From contig DAOVER010000027.1 of the NCBI GenBank assembly GCA_030668875.1, positions 7,408-39,407 on the forward strand: a stretch of DNA of 32,000 nucleotides, in the 5' to 3' direction. The notes under the pieces are model-generated. The model was not told the DNA's origin, did no database searches, and was given only the letters and a program-made list of their open reading frames with translations. This document shows, piece by piece, positions 9,570-19,535 of this stretch (positions are counted from its first letter, which is position 1; each line of letters opens with the position of its first letter). The translations under genes were made by a program, and so were the position numbers. The DNA comes from Candidatus Heimdallarchaeota archaeon. GTDB taxonomy: Archaea; Asgardarchaeota; Heimdallarchaeia; Heimdallarchaeales; Heimdallarchaeaceae.

Positions 9570-9743
9570 ATGACTCGTAAGGTTATGATAATGGTTTTAG
9601 GCTGCTTTGTTGCAGCAGCAGGTTTGTTTTTTGTACTTTCAGCTACTGTTTTTCCAGCATTAGCAGAAGTTAGCGTCTTTCTATCACAAACTATCTCTGT
9701 AGCAGATTTAGGTGGAACTGGGATGAGTTTGATAACTTTTTGA
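9570..9743 (+). CDS. Possible 57-aa hydrophobic peptide or membrane-gene remnant (not in ORF track)
   Basis: MTRKVMIMVLGCFVAAAGLFFVLSATVFPALAEVSVFLSQTISVADLGGTGMSLITF*; fills an otherwise empty gap, and the opposite strand reads like a typical antisense shadow of a membrane protein. Confidence 0.3.
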   Translation: MTRKVMIMVLGCFVAAAGLFFVLSATVFPALAEVSVFLSQTISVADLGGTGMSLITF

Positions 9744-9757
9744 ATGCCAATTGATTT

Positions 9758-10201
9758 TTACTCCCCTATGTCCTCATTCCACAGTTCAGGATGAAGATTA
9801 ATGAAATCTTTCATCAATTGCTTACATTCTACATTATTGTAGTTAATAATCTCAACTCCTTGTTGTCGGAGATAATCCTCTGGTCCTTTGAAAGTAGAGT
9901 TTTCACCAATTATGATTTTAGGAATCTTGTAGAGTAAAACTGCTCCACTACACATATTACAAGGAGAAAGAGTAGAATAAAGAATAGATTTCTTGTAATC
10001 AACTGATTTCAACCTTCCAGCATTTTCCAGACAATCCATCTCGGCATGAAGTATTGAACTTCTCTTTTGAACGCGTTTGTTATAACCCCTTCCTACAATC
10101 TGACTATCAATAACGAGAACTGAACCAATTGGAATTCCGCCTTCTTCCAAACCTTTTCTAGCTTCAAGTATAGCTTCTTGCATGAAATCATCAGCAGACA
10201 T
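9758..10201 (-). CDS. Zinc-dependent cytosine/nucleoside deaminase of the Fcy1-like type
   Basis: HAEMDCLENAG and PCNMC zinc motifs, GGIPIG, terminal WNEDIGE as in fungal Fcy1-type enzymes. Likely start ATG 10201 (MSADDFMQEAI) rather than 10285. Confidence 0.9.
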   Translation of the reverse strand: MSADDFMQEAILEARKGLEEGGIPIGSVLVIDSQIVGRGYNKRVQKRSSILHAEMDCLENAGRLKSVDYKKSILYSTLSPCNMCSGAVLLYKIPKIIIGENSTFKGPEDYLRQQGVEIINYNNVECKQLMKDFINLHPELWNEDIGE

Positions 10202-10349
10202 GCTTAGAACTATGTTATGATCAATATTTGACTTTATCGATAGAGAAATATAAGAATATTTTGTGTACTTTTTTTGCATATACAATTAACAAATACTAAC
10301 TAACTTAAGAGCAAGAAAAATTTAATACAGATTGAATTAAAACTATAAT

Positions 10350-11330
10350 ATGAGAAAGAGCCTATCTATATCACTTAAAAGTTCTGTAGTGGTGATTGGG
10401 TGGGCTTTAACTCCTGTAATCGGAGAATATTTGATAGATTATAATAGACAGCTATCACCTTATCAATTAGCTTTTTTTAGATATTTCTTAGCAGCTATTG
10501 CTCTTTATTTCATTTTGATTTTCCAGCAGAAAGTAAAGAACAAAGAGATAATTTATTCTCTGAAGAATAAATGGCCAAAATACCTTTTAGTTTCTGTAAT
10601 GTCAGCCTTTATGCCAGTTCTACTCTTTCTTGCAGTTGAGAATACTTCAGCTTCTTCAGCTTCATTTCTTCTCAATTCAAATATAGTTTTAATACCAGTT
10701 ATTGCAATAATATTTCTTAAAGAAAAAATAAGGAGAAATTATGTCATCGGGATTGCTGTCTCAATTATAGGTTTGTTCTTAGTGATTTTTGACAATAATC
10801 TTTTAGCTTTAGCAGATCTTTCTTTTGATACAATTATGGGGAATCTGCTGGCATTTGGTTCTGGCTTCTTTTGGGCATTATATACTGTGTTCTTGAAGAA
10901 GTTTTTTGCAGATGAAAATCCAATATTAGTAACATTTATTTCCCTTCTTATTGGATCGTTCTATCTAGTATTTTTTGCCTTCGCGATACCACCTTATGTG
11001 AGCATGACACTTAATTTTCTTGGAATAACTCTTGTGTTAATAATTGCAGTGTTATCTACGTCACTCGCTTTTAGTTATTGGTTATCACTGTTGAAAATAC
11101 TGCCAACAACTCAAACAGGAATCATTCAAAGCTTTGTTCCTATGACTTCTGTACTGTTATCCCTTATTTTTCTCAACGAATCAATAACTTACATTTTCGG
11201 TATCGGAGGAGTATTAATCATCATAGGGATTATCATAGTTGAATGGAAAATCAAGGAGCATTTTAAGGGAACTATTGATGATGAACAAGAAAAAGCATCT
11301 GAGAAAGAAGATTTAATAGAAAATGATTAG
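10350..11330 (+). CDS. EamA/DMT-family transporter
   Basis: About 10 TM helices in two repeats; LAFFRY, FLKEKI, LAFGSGFFWALY, FLNESIT motifs. Confidence 0.9.
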   Translation: MRKSLSISLKSSVVVIGWALTPVIGEYLIDYNRQLSPYQLAFFRYFLAAIALYFILIFQQKVKNKEIIYSLKNKWPKYLLVSVMSAFMPVLLFLAVENTSASSASFLLNSNIVLIPVIAIIFLKEKIRRNYVIGIAVSIIGLFLVIFDNNLLALADLSFDTIMGNLLAFGSGFFWALYTVFLKKFFADENPILVTFISLLIGSFYLVFFAFAIPPYVSMTLNFLGITLVLIIAVLSTSLAFSYWLSLLKILPTTQTGIIQSFVPMTSVLLSLIFLNESITYIFGIGGVLIIIGIIIVEWKIKEHFKGTIDDEQEKASEKEDLIEND

Positions 11331-11386
11331 TTGTTAGAGAGAAACCTTTTTTTGTTTCTTTGTACTATTTTATTTCAGTGAGTTGT

Positions 11387-12163
11387 ATGAAAAAACATGA
11401 AGAAAATATATGTTTACATAAAGATGACTTCTTAGTTGTGCAAACAAAAGAAATTGAGTTCAATAAGCCTATAGTCTTTGTGACGTTTCCTAGTCCAGGA
11501 ATTGTTGGACCGATTATTGCGAGGCAAATGATTGAATCATTAGGATTGAAAGAAATAGGTTTCTTCAAATCTGACACTTTAAGCCCAGTAACAATATTTA
11601 TGAATAATGTTCTCAAGCATCCTTATCTCTTGTACGCCAATGATGAAGGTACCTTACTTCTTATCACGCTTGATTATCCCGTCCCCCATGAAGCTTACTT
11701 AGTTGTAGCAGAAGGTATCAGTGATTTCATTGAAGAACATATAGATGCTCAGCAGATTGTCTGTCTGGATGGCATTCCAGTCAAGCTAAGACCTGAGAAA
11801 CCTGTAGTTATAACTGCAGCTGAAAGAAGTGTAGCTGAAGAGCTGAAGAAATATTCGGTTGACCTATATGATCACGGTGTGGTGCTTGGTCTATCAGGAG
11901 CTTTCATGAGTGAAGCTTTACTAAGAGATATAATTGGTGTTACACTTATGACACCAGCTACTCAAGATTTTCCTGACCCAGAGGCAGCTGTAAATCTCAT
12001 CAATGTAATTAATGACTATTATAAATACTCGATAGATACTGAACCTTTACTCAAAGAAGCTGCTAAGATTAAGGAACAGTTGGCTATGGTAGCAGAAAAA
12101 CAGAAATCTATGCCTCAACAAGCTCCTCCTCTACCTAGAAAGAAGAGAGAAGGCTATGTCTAA
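11387..12163 (+). CDS. PAC2/Pba-family proteasome assembly chaperone with C-terminal -GYV
   Basis: FPSPGIVGPI, HPYLLY, VCLDGI, GLSGAFMSEA, PDPEAA, IDTEPLLKEAAKI. Likely start ATG 11387. Confidence 0.88.
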   Translation: MKKHEENICLHKDDFLVVQTKEIEFNKPIVFVTFPSPGIVGPIIARQMIESLGLKEIGFFKSDTLSPVTIFMNNVLKHPYLLYANDEGTLLLITLDYPVPHEAYLVVAEGISDFIEEHIDAQQIVCLDGIPVKLRPEKPVVITAAERSVAEELKKYSVDLYDHGVVLGLSGAFMSEALLRDIIGVTLMTPATQDFPDPEAAVNLINVINDYYKYSIDTEPLLKEAAKIKEQLAMVAEKQKSMPQQAPPLPRKKREGYV

Positions 12164-12210
12164 AAAGGTTTGAAGCAAATCTTTATCTTTCCTTTTCTTT
12201 TCTTCTACTT

Positions 12211-13182
12211 ATGAAAAAGAGAATTTTTGTGACACGCGAGATTCCTCAAGTAGGTATTGACATTCTTCAACAACATTATGAAGTAGAAATTTTTCCCGAA
12301 AAACGACCTATAACCAAAGATGAGCTGATCAAAGGTGCAATGGACTGTGATGGGCTTCTCCCTTTGCTCACAGATAAAGTTGATATTGAAGTAATGGATG
12401 AAACAGGAATAAAAGCCATAGCAAATTATGCTGTGGGAGTTGACAATATCGACGTAAAAGCAGCTACTCAGCGAAATATCCCAGTCACAAATACTCCTGG
12501 AGTTCTAACAGACGCAACAGCTGATCTGACTTGGGCACTGTTACTTAGTGTTTCTCGTCGTATTGTGGAAGCAGACAAATACCTTCGAGAAGGTAATTTT
12601 GTTGGTTGGGATTCTATGTTGTATCTTGGTGGTGATTTCGCAGGTAGAACAATAGGCATAATTGGTCTTGGAAGGATAGGTCAAGCTGTAGCACGAAGAG
12701 CAGCTGGGTTTGACATGAACATCATCTATCATAGCACTTCTTCGCATCCAAAACTCGAAAGTCAATTAGGAATGAAAAGGGTCTCTCTAGAAGAACTGTT
12801 GAAAGAATCAGATTACGTTACTATCCATACACCATACAGTAAGAAGACTCATCATCTTATAGGTAAGAAAGAATTTGAGATTATGAAACCCACAGCTTAT
12901 CTCATTAATACAGCAAGAGGAAAAGTTGTCAATGAAGAAGAACTAGTAGTCGCTCTGGTCACAGGAAAGATTGACGGTGCAGGTCTAGACGTTTATTATA
13001 ATGAACCTAAGGTCAACAAGGGGTTGATAGATCTTCCAAATGTTGTATTGCTTCCTCATATAGGCACAGCTAGCCTTTATACAAGATCTAAAATGGCTTT
13101 GATGGCTGCAGAAAACTTACATGCTGCTTTAAGTGGCGAGAGACCAGAAAACATAGTTAATCCAGAATTATATGATAAATAA
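12211..13182 (+). CDS. gyaR: D-glycerate dehydrogenase / glyoxylate reductase (D-2-hydroxyacid dehydrogenase family)
   Basis: YAVGVDNID, TNTPGVLTDATAD, GIIGLGRIG, LINTARG, GLDVY..EP, LLPHIGTAS. Confidence 0.93.
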   Translation: MKKRIFVTREIPQVGIDILQQHYEVEIFPEKRPITKDELIKGAMDCDGLLPLLTDKVDIEVMDETGIKAIANYAVGVDNIDVKAATQRNIPVTNTPGVLTDATADLTWALLLSVSRRIVEADKYLREGNFVGWDSMLYLGGDFAGRTIGIIGLGRIGQAVARRAAGFDMNIIYHSTSSHPKLESQLGMKRVSLEELLKESDYVTIHTPYSKKTHHLIGKKEFEIMKPTAYLINTARGKVVNEEELVVALVTGKIDGAGLDVYYNEPKVNKGLIDLPNVVLLPHIGTASLYTRSKMALMAAENLHAALSGERPENIVNPELYDK

Positions 13183-14256
13183 TCATTTGAATAATTCGTT
13201 TCGATGATACTCTTTTTCATTAATTTTCATTCTTGATAAAGGAAAGTAATAATGGTCTAATCTAGTATCGGGAAATAGACCTACATGCACAATCCCTAAG
13301 AATTTGTCAGCTACAGTGGCACAAAAAGGGTTCTTTGCTTGAGGATTTGTTCCCATTCCTATTTGTTTAATTTTTACGTCTTCAGTGCTAAGCATTCTCT
13401 GAAGATGCTCACCTTTTTTTCCCCCTCCGATACAATCAACTAGAGTATTATCTTTAAATGTTAGAGTAAGTAGTTGTGTTATTTCTTCTTGCCATCCAGG
13501 GAAGATGTTTAAGGTACCATTGATAGAACACTCAGTTTGTCCAAACTCCAATTCCAGTGTAATCTCGCCTGCAGGGAGATTAGAAAACATTCCAGGTGAT
13601 GTACAAAAACCTGATTCCCATAACCAATCTACTGGTGTTAAAAATTCAAGCGAAAGATGGCTTCCTGCCACATCAAAGAGTTCAAGTTTTCTGGCTCCTT
13701 GAATTAAACTGAAAAGTTTTGTAGTAACTTTTTCAACTTCTAAAAGATCTACATCTAAAGGTCCACCTGTATAAAAAATATCAGGTGGGACAAGAGGAGC
13801 TGACACATGTCTAATTTTCTTCTCATCAAGAGGGATTCTCAAAGATGGAACATCAGTCAATGAGAATTCTGTCAATGTAATTACCAAATCAGATTCTTGT
13901 ATTTTCTTATTCATAATTTCATCTTTTGGATCTATATAATGTTGATAAGTTGGTTTAATGAGATGTAATTCTATTTTTTCAGGTTTGATTTCTTTTATAA
14001 TTTCATAAATTCTCTTAGCTAACAAGTTTCTTTCTACTATTGATTGAAGAACAGTTGTTGGTTTGTTCACAAAATCCTCTATGGTTGGATAATCACTGAT
14101 AATTAGAATTCTTTCCTGCTCCCCAACTCTCCAAGCCTCATCTAACAATCTCTTAACTATAGGTTGGATAGATTCATTGAGGAAGCTCACAATAATATCT
14201 AATTGAACATGCTGATTTTTACTTAAAAACATTAGTCTAAAGGAAAAAGGGTTCAA
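13183..14256 (-). CDS. M29/AmpT-like (archaeal leucyl aminopeptidase) fold protein, possibly catalytically altered
   Basis: ERILIISD, GSHLSL, NLPAGE, IGMGTNPQA, GIVHVG. Start uncertain (TTG 14256, ATG 14232 or later). Its stop abuts the gyaR stop with no gap. Confidence 0.75.
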   Translation of the reverse strand: MNPFSFRLMFLSKNQHVQLDIIVSFLNESIQPIVKRLLDEAWRVGEQERILIISDYPTIEDFVNKPTTVLQSIVERNLLAKRIYEIIKEIKPEKIELHLIKPTYQHYIDPKDEIMNKKIQESDLVITLTEFSLTDVPSLRIPLDEKKIRHVSAPLVPPDIFYTGGPLDVDLLEVEKVTTKLFSLIQGARKLELFDVAGSHLSLEFLTPVDWLWESGFCTSPGMFSNLPAGEITLELEFGQTECSINGTLNIFPGWQEEITQLLTLTFKDNTLVDCIGGGKKGEHLQRMLSTEDVKIKQIGMGTNPQAKNPFCATVADKFLGIVHVGLFPDTRLDHYYFPLSRMKINEKEYHRNELFK

Positions 14257-14411
14257 TGATTCAAATGATGATATCTTAACATCATTTTAGCAAAAAATTC
14301 CCAAGAGATACATTCACCAAAGTCGATGTAAGAAGACTTGTCTTGACACTCTTCTAATAGTTTGACAAAAACTGGTTCGATTATAAAAAAACGTTACTAA
14401 AAAATCACGAT

Positions 14412-15383
14412 CTATTCGTCAAACTCCACTCCACAATTATTACAGAATTGTGTTTTGGTAAATAGTTTAGCTCCACAATTATAACAGAAGCTTACACCAG
14501 GTTCACTAAGAGCAGCTGTATCAGCTATAGTTTCTTGGGTTTGTGGTTGAGTATAATCAGTATTAGGTGCAAAAATTGGATCTTTAAAACCTGTTTGTAC
14601 CTGTATCATTGATGTAGCTGATACTGGCATTTCTTTTATCAAAAGAGCATCTTTACTTAATCTAAAGAAACCTACAATAACACAAGTTAAACCTCCCAAA
14701 GCTGTTACTCCAGCTATGATTAGAGGTACTAAAGAAACAAAAGTTAGAGTAAATGAAAGAGGAACAAATGAAAGATTAAAAACCAGTTGACCAAAGAAAA
14801 TCAATCTGCTCTCCTTCTTGGGAAATAATCCCAACTCATGTAAAATTTTGAAAGTTCTGCAAATGAAAAAATAACCAACTGTCATTATGACAGTAGAAGC
14901 TAGATACATGAAAAGGGTGATGAAAATTGTAATTTCAGGGTAAATAAAAAGCACTAACGAACCAATAATAGGAAGTATGATACCTATTATAAGGAAAATA
15001 CTTGTACTCTTTGCAACTTGTCCTACTCTTGGATCAATATTGGCCAATGTAGCAAAGTTTGAGCTTAGTAGCAATATTGAAACCAAATATGCTATACCTA
15101 AGATGAATATGAAAAAACCTGTGAACATTATTATCGTCATCGATGGCAAATACTGAGACATAGTTGCATCAAGGTAATTTACTAAAGCATCAGGATCGTC
15201 TAATACACTTTGAGGAATCTTGAGAAGTTCTAATATCAAATTGTAAATCGACACTCCTACGATAATCGCACATAAAGCGAGAAATATTTGTATAAATGCA
15301 AGTCTCTTAGCGTTCTTACTAATCTTTACTTTAATTTGATTCATTGGTTGATAATTGTTCGAATAAATACTGTTCTCCTCCAA
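14412..15383 (-). CDS. Multi-pass membrane protein with C-terminal double zinc ribbon (paralog family member 1)
   Basis: About 6 TM; TFKILHELGLFPKKESRL motif shared with 19667 and 20644; FCYNCG-x8-FCNNCG. Confidence 0.88.
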   Translation of the reverse strand: MEENSIYSNNYQPMNQIKVKISKNAKRLAFIQIFLALCAIIVGVSIYNLILELLKIPQSVLDDPDALVNYLDATMSQYLPSMTIIMFTGFFIFILGIAYLVSILLLSSNFATLANIDPRVGQVAKSTSIFLIIGIILPIIGSLVLFIYPEITIFITLFMYLASTVIMTVGYFFICRTFKILHELGLFPKKESRLIFFGQLVFNLSFVPLSFTLTFVSLVPLIIAGVTALGGLTCVIVGFFRLSKDALLIKEMPVSATSMIQVQTGFKDPIFAPNTDYTQPQTQETIADTAALSEPGVSFCYNCGAKLFTKTQFCNNCGVEFDE

Positions 15384-15471
15384 GTAATTCTCTGGTTATT
15401 TTTTCTATCTATTTTATTTAAATCTAGCTAATCAATGATTACAATAAACTTCTTTTTTCCTCTTTTCTTTT

Positions 15472-15488
15472 TTTCACTTCAAGTGAAA
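15472..15488. promoter_or_regulatory. Perfect 17-bp palindrome, candidate operator
   Basis: TTTCACTT-C-AAGTGAAA in the divergent intergenic region between the zinc-ribbon membrane gene and the PAS kinase. Confidence 0.4.
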
Positions 15489-15548
15489 CAGATTTATTAA
15501 AGCAAAGAAATAACTATTCTTATTCAGTATTGATATGGAGTTAAGTCA

Positions 15549-17486
15549 ATGAATGAAAATCATGATTCTTCCAATGAGCCCCTTGAAAATAAGGTAAAAG
15601 ATGATGAAACATTAGAATCAGAATCTGAAGACATTTATCACTCAATGTTTAAGAATTCAATTGATGCGATGTTCATAGCTGATACTGAAGGAAATATAAT
15701 AGATGGAAATCAAGCTTTGTTAGATATGTCAGGATACAATAGGGAAGAACTACTCAATATTAATGCAATGGATTTATACAATAGTCCTGAAACAAGAAAG
15801 CAATTTCTTGAAGATATTATGAGAGCAAAATCAGTTAGAAATTATGAAATAAAGTACAAAAGAAAAGATGGAACTATTACATCAAATCTTCTAACAGCTA
15901 CACAGAGAATTTCTAGGTCAGGCGAATTTTTAGGTTTTCAAGGAATCATTCGTGACGTCACACAACAGAAAATTATGGAAAAAGCCTTAAGGGAATCTCA
16001 GTTTCAGTATCAAATTCTTTTTGAAAATTCCGGATCATCGATGGTAATAGTAGAAGCGGATACGACTGTTGCTTTAATGAATTCTCAGTTTGAAGAGGTT
16101 TCTGGATACTCAAGGGAAGAGGTAGTTGGGCACAGTTTCTTGAAGTACCTACCTGAGAACGAACGAGACAGAATCATTCAATACCATCAAAAGAGAAGAA
16201 TCGACCCCTCCTCAGTTCCCAATATTGTAGAAATAAAACTTAGTACAAAAACAGGAAAAGAAAGAAATTTTGTTTATACAGTAGCTCTGATTCCTGGATC
16301 AGATAGAAGTCTTGTAAGTCTCATGGATGTTACAACATTAAAAGAAACAGAAACTGCTCTTCAAGATAGTATTGAAAACTACAAAACCTTAGTAGGTATT
16401 TCTCCAGATGCTATTATAAAAACTGACCTAGATTTAAATGTACTTATGGCAAATCAGCAAACATATACCTTTTTAGGGTTTGAGAAAGAAGAGGAGTTAA
16501 TTGGAAAAACCCTTCTTGATTTTATAGGTGAAGATATTACACAAAAAATTGTATCACTTGCTGAGGAAATAAACAGAGAAGGACTTTACTTAAATCTTGA
16601 TTTTGATATGGTAGGTCCAGATGGAGAATTAATTAATTTGAGTGCAAGTATTTCTGTTGTTTATGAGAATGAACAACCTCAAGCATATATTGTTCAAGTC
16701 AGAAATGTCACTAGCTATAAAGAGCTAGAAAATCAACTGACTGAATACACACATAGATTGGAAGAAATGGTGGAAGACAAAGCAGCACAATTGATGGATC
16801 AGGAACGTGCGGTGATGCTTGGAAGATTAGCAGGGAGTATAGGTCACGACATTAATAATCCTCTTCAGTATGTACTAGGAAATGCAGAACTCCTAGGAGT
16901 ATTATTACAAGAGGGTATTCCAGACACAAGTAAATTGATATCACTAAATGAAAGACTGATAGAAGGATGCTATAGAATAGGAGACGTCTCCAAAAGGCTT
17001 AGAAGAGTTTCGAGGAAAGGAGAGTTAACTGTTTTCAATATTTATGATGCACTTGAAACAGCAATTACCATGACTAGAGGTAAATGGAGATATAAATGTG
17101 AACAGCTTGATCTCAATTATACTGCTCAAAACCCTACAAGTATCAAGGGTGTAGAAAATGATATCTCACACGTTTTTATGAATCTTCTTGTAAACTCTTC
17201 TCAAGCAATTGATACTAAAGGAAAAATAAAGATAAGTGTCTCCACGGATGAAAATAAAGATAACGTGATATTTGAAGTAGAAGATGATGGAGCTGGAATG
17301 TCTTCTGACATTGTAGATAAAATTGGCAAGGAAAGCTTTACAACAAAACCCTTAGAAGAAGGTACAGGATTAGGATTACTATGGGTGTACGAAATTATGG
17401 AACAACACTTCAGCAAGATATCATTTGAATCAGATATAAACAAGGGAACAAAATTCAGACTTATTTTTCCTATAGAAAAGGAATAG
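15549..17486 (+). CDS. Cytoplasmic sensor histidine kinase with three PAS domains; no receiver domain
   Basis: Three PAS/PAC units ending RDVT, MDVT, RNVT; H-box GHDINNPL, N-box NLLVNSSQAI, G1 DDGAGM, FTTK, G2 GTGLGL. Confidence 0.93.
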   Translation: MNENHDSSNEPLENKVKDDETLESESEDIYHSMFKNSIDAMFIADTEGNIIDGNQALLDMSGYNREELLNINAMDLYNSPETRKQFLEDIMRAKSVRNYEIKYKRKDGTITSNLLTATQRISRSGEFLGFQGIIRDVTQQKIMEKALRESQFQYQILFENSGSSMVIVEADTTVALMNSQFEEVSGYSREEVVGHSFLKYLPENERDRIIQYHQKRRIDPSSVPNIVEIKLSTKTGKERNFVYTVALIPGSDRSLVSLMDVTTLKETETALQDSIENYKTLVGISPDAIIKTDLDLNVLMANQQTYTFLGFEKEEELIGKTLLDFIGEDITQKIVSLAEEINREGLYLNLDFDMVGPDGELINLSASISVVYENEQPQAYIVQVRNVTSYKELENQLTEYTHRLEEMVEDKAAQLMDQERAVMLGRLAGSIGHDINNPLQYVLGNAELLGVLLQEGIPDTSKLISLNERLIEGCYRIGDVSKRLRRVSRKGELTVFNIYDALETAITMTRGKWRYKCEQLDLNYTAQNPTSIKGVENDISHVFMNLLVNSSQAIDTKGKIKISVSTDENKDNVIFEVEDDGAGMSSDIVDKIGKESFTTKPLEEGTGLGLLWVYEIMEQHFSKISFESDINKGTKFRLIFPIEKE

Positions 17487-17645
17487 TCATATCAAGTATT
17501 CTCTTCTCACTTTCTTTTCTCAAACTCTAGTACACCTATTTTTTCAAACATGAAACCTATAATTTTTGTTATTAATGACATAAAACAATTCTTGATGGCT
17601 TAATCTCTTATCTTTAAACCCCTTTTGCATTAAGGAGAAAACAGG

Positions 17646-19535
17646 TTAACTGTCAGACAAAGGAAAGAAAATGTCCACTTGCGTAAACTCTCCTTTAGTG
17701 CTCTTTAGATCAATATAACCGTTATGTTGTCTAGTTAAACCATACACTTGAGATAATCCTAACCCACTCCCTTCACCTTTAGGTTTTGTTGTATAAAATG
17801 GATCGAAGACTTTGTTTAAATCTTCTTTATCAATTCCTTCTCCATTATCAATTACGCATATTTTTACAAAATTAGAATCTTGCATTGGCATATTTATTGA
17901 TTCAAAATCTTTAACTTCAGAAGAATGGACTATCTGAGTTAGAATTTGAATTTTACCACCTTGTTTAAGTGCATCTTTTGAGTTTACAATCAAGTTCAAT
18001 AAAATTTGTTGCAACTGGATCTTGTTAATTTTGATTTTAAAATCTTCAATGTTTATATCTACTGATATATTGGCAGGAAGACTTGAACTAGCTAATCTTA
18101 CAGTTTCCTCAACAATTGGTTTTAGATCTAGAACTTCATCATATGCTTTAGATTGACCAGAAAAATCTAGTATTTGGTCAATTAAGTCATTACCCTTTGC
18201 TGCTTGTTCAAGTATCATATTTCCAAGATTCCTAAGATTTTCATCTTTTGATTGAGTTTCAATTAATTCTGCTGCACCTGAAATTGCCCAAATAATATTT
18301 TTAAAATCATGTGAGATACCTCTTGCAAGTTTACCTATAGATGCTAACTTCTCTTGAGTTTGAACTTTGTCTCTTATCTTATTTTCAGAAGTTATATCGT
18401 GAATAACGAGAATAGAATCGCCTGATTGAGCCCCTTGGGTGATTTTCATTCCACCAATATGAAATACTCTTGCATCTGGACTATCAACATGAATCTTATA
18501 AAATGTTAAATTTGAAGAAGGTGGGTTCAGTATCTCTTCAATAGAATAATCAGATATATTCTGAACTTTGTTTGTCTGTTTGCCTTTCACTAGGTAGGGT
18601 AAGAACTCTGTAGCTGCAGAATTCTTGATAATAACTCTATATTCTTCATCTAGAAGTACGATACCTTCAGGAATATTTTCAATTAGAGAATGGAGTCTCT
18701 GCGAATGTTTGCTTTGTAGATTCTGAAAAAGAAGAGAGAGAGGATCTTTCAAACTAACATGAACAGTAGCTCTATAAAAGAAATATAGTGAAATAAAACG
18801 AGCAATATGACCAAAAATGTTGAAAGTACCTGTAACATCAAAATATAGTGAAAAGAAAAATTCACCCAATATAGAAAATGAAATTGCCGCACTAATAAAA
18901 TAAAATATTGAAGAACTAAAATTAGATCGTTTAAAATATAGAACAACAATACTAGAAGCGTAAATCAAACAGATGATAAACTCACTAATTATTTTAAAAG
19001 TAGTTAGACCAGTTCCCTCAATATAACAATCTGGGAAGTGACCAGTGAAAGCCAATGTTAAAAGAACAGCTGTAACAACTCCAAGAACTATCCAAACTAC
19101 ACTGATATTCAATTTTCTACCTATAAATAAAACTGATAAAAACAAAGTCATTGCTTGGAAGGCTCTGCCTGCTATCCACAACTGCGTCGGTAAATTAGCA
19201 TCATAACCAATGAAAATATTCATGCCTTTGTAGGAGAGAGTATGTAACAAATCGATAATACCCATAAAGAAAAATGAGAGACCAAGAAGGGTGAAAAACT
19301 GATTGTCAATAGCTTTCCTTGTGTTCCAAAAAACAAGAAAAATAGTTAAAGTCATCATAATACCTACTAGTTCTATAACACTATGAAAGAGTAAATAATT
19401 ATCATAGAAACTAGTTAAGTAGATAATTATAATTAAAGAACATATGAAAATATATTCTCTATACCTACGAAAGTTTTTTTGGAATCTCTCGGTTATATTT
19501 GTTGTACCATCATTGTTCATAATTGCACACCCCAT
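17646..19535 (-). CDS. Membrane sensor histidine kinase, MASE3-PAS-HisKA-HATPase; no receiver domain
   Basis: YLLFHSVIEL, IDLLHTLSYKGM, NLPTQLWIAGR (MASE3); SHDFKNII, NLIVNSKDAL, DNGEGI, PFYTTK, GSGLGL; ends right after the ATPase domain. Start ATG 19535 or 19520. Confidence 0.93.
   Translation of the reverse strand: MGCAIMNNDGTTNITERFQKNFRRYREYIFICSLIIIIYLTSFYDNYLLFHSVIELVGIMMTLTIFLVFWNTRKAIDNQFFTLLGLSFFFMGIIDLLHTLSYKGMNIFIGYDANLPTQLWIAGRAFQAMTLFLSVLFIGRKLNISVVWIVLGVVTAVLLTLAFTGHFPDCYIEGTGLTTFKIISEFIICLIYASSIVVLYFKRSNFSSSIFYFISAAISFSILGEFFFSLYFDVTGTFNIFGHIARFISLYFFYRATVHVSLKDPLSLLFQNLQSKHSQRLHSLIENIPEGIVLLDEEYRVIIKNSAATEFLPYLVKGKQTNKVQNISDYSIEEILNPPSSNLTFYKIHVDSPDARVFHIGGMKITQGAQSGDSILVIHDITSENKIRDKVQTQEKLASIGKLARGISHDFKNIIWAISGAAELIETQSKDENLRNLGNMILEQAAKGNDLIDQILDFSGQSKAYDEVLDLKPIVEETVRLASSSLPANISVDINIEDFKIKINKIQLQQILLNLIVNSKDALKQGGKIQILTQIVHSSEVKDFESINMPMQDSNFVKICVIDNGEGIDKEDLNKVFDPFYTTKPKGEGSGLGLSQVYGLTRQHNGYIDLKSTKGEFTQVDIFFPLSDS

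Noticed and set aside
13180-13185. Convergent stop codons abutting with no gap (gyaR / M29-like)
   Set aside because: Common in compact archaeal genomes; no further structure seen.
14375-14385. GGTTCGA resembling a tRNA T-loop
   Set aside because: No pairing T-stem, acceptor stem or cloverleaf around it.
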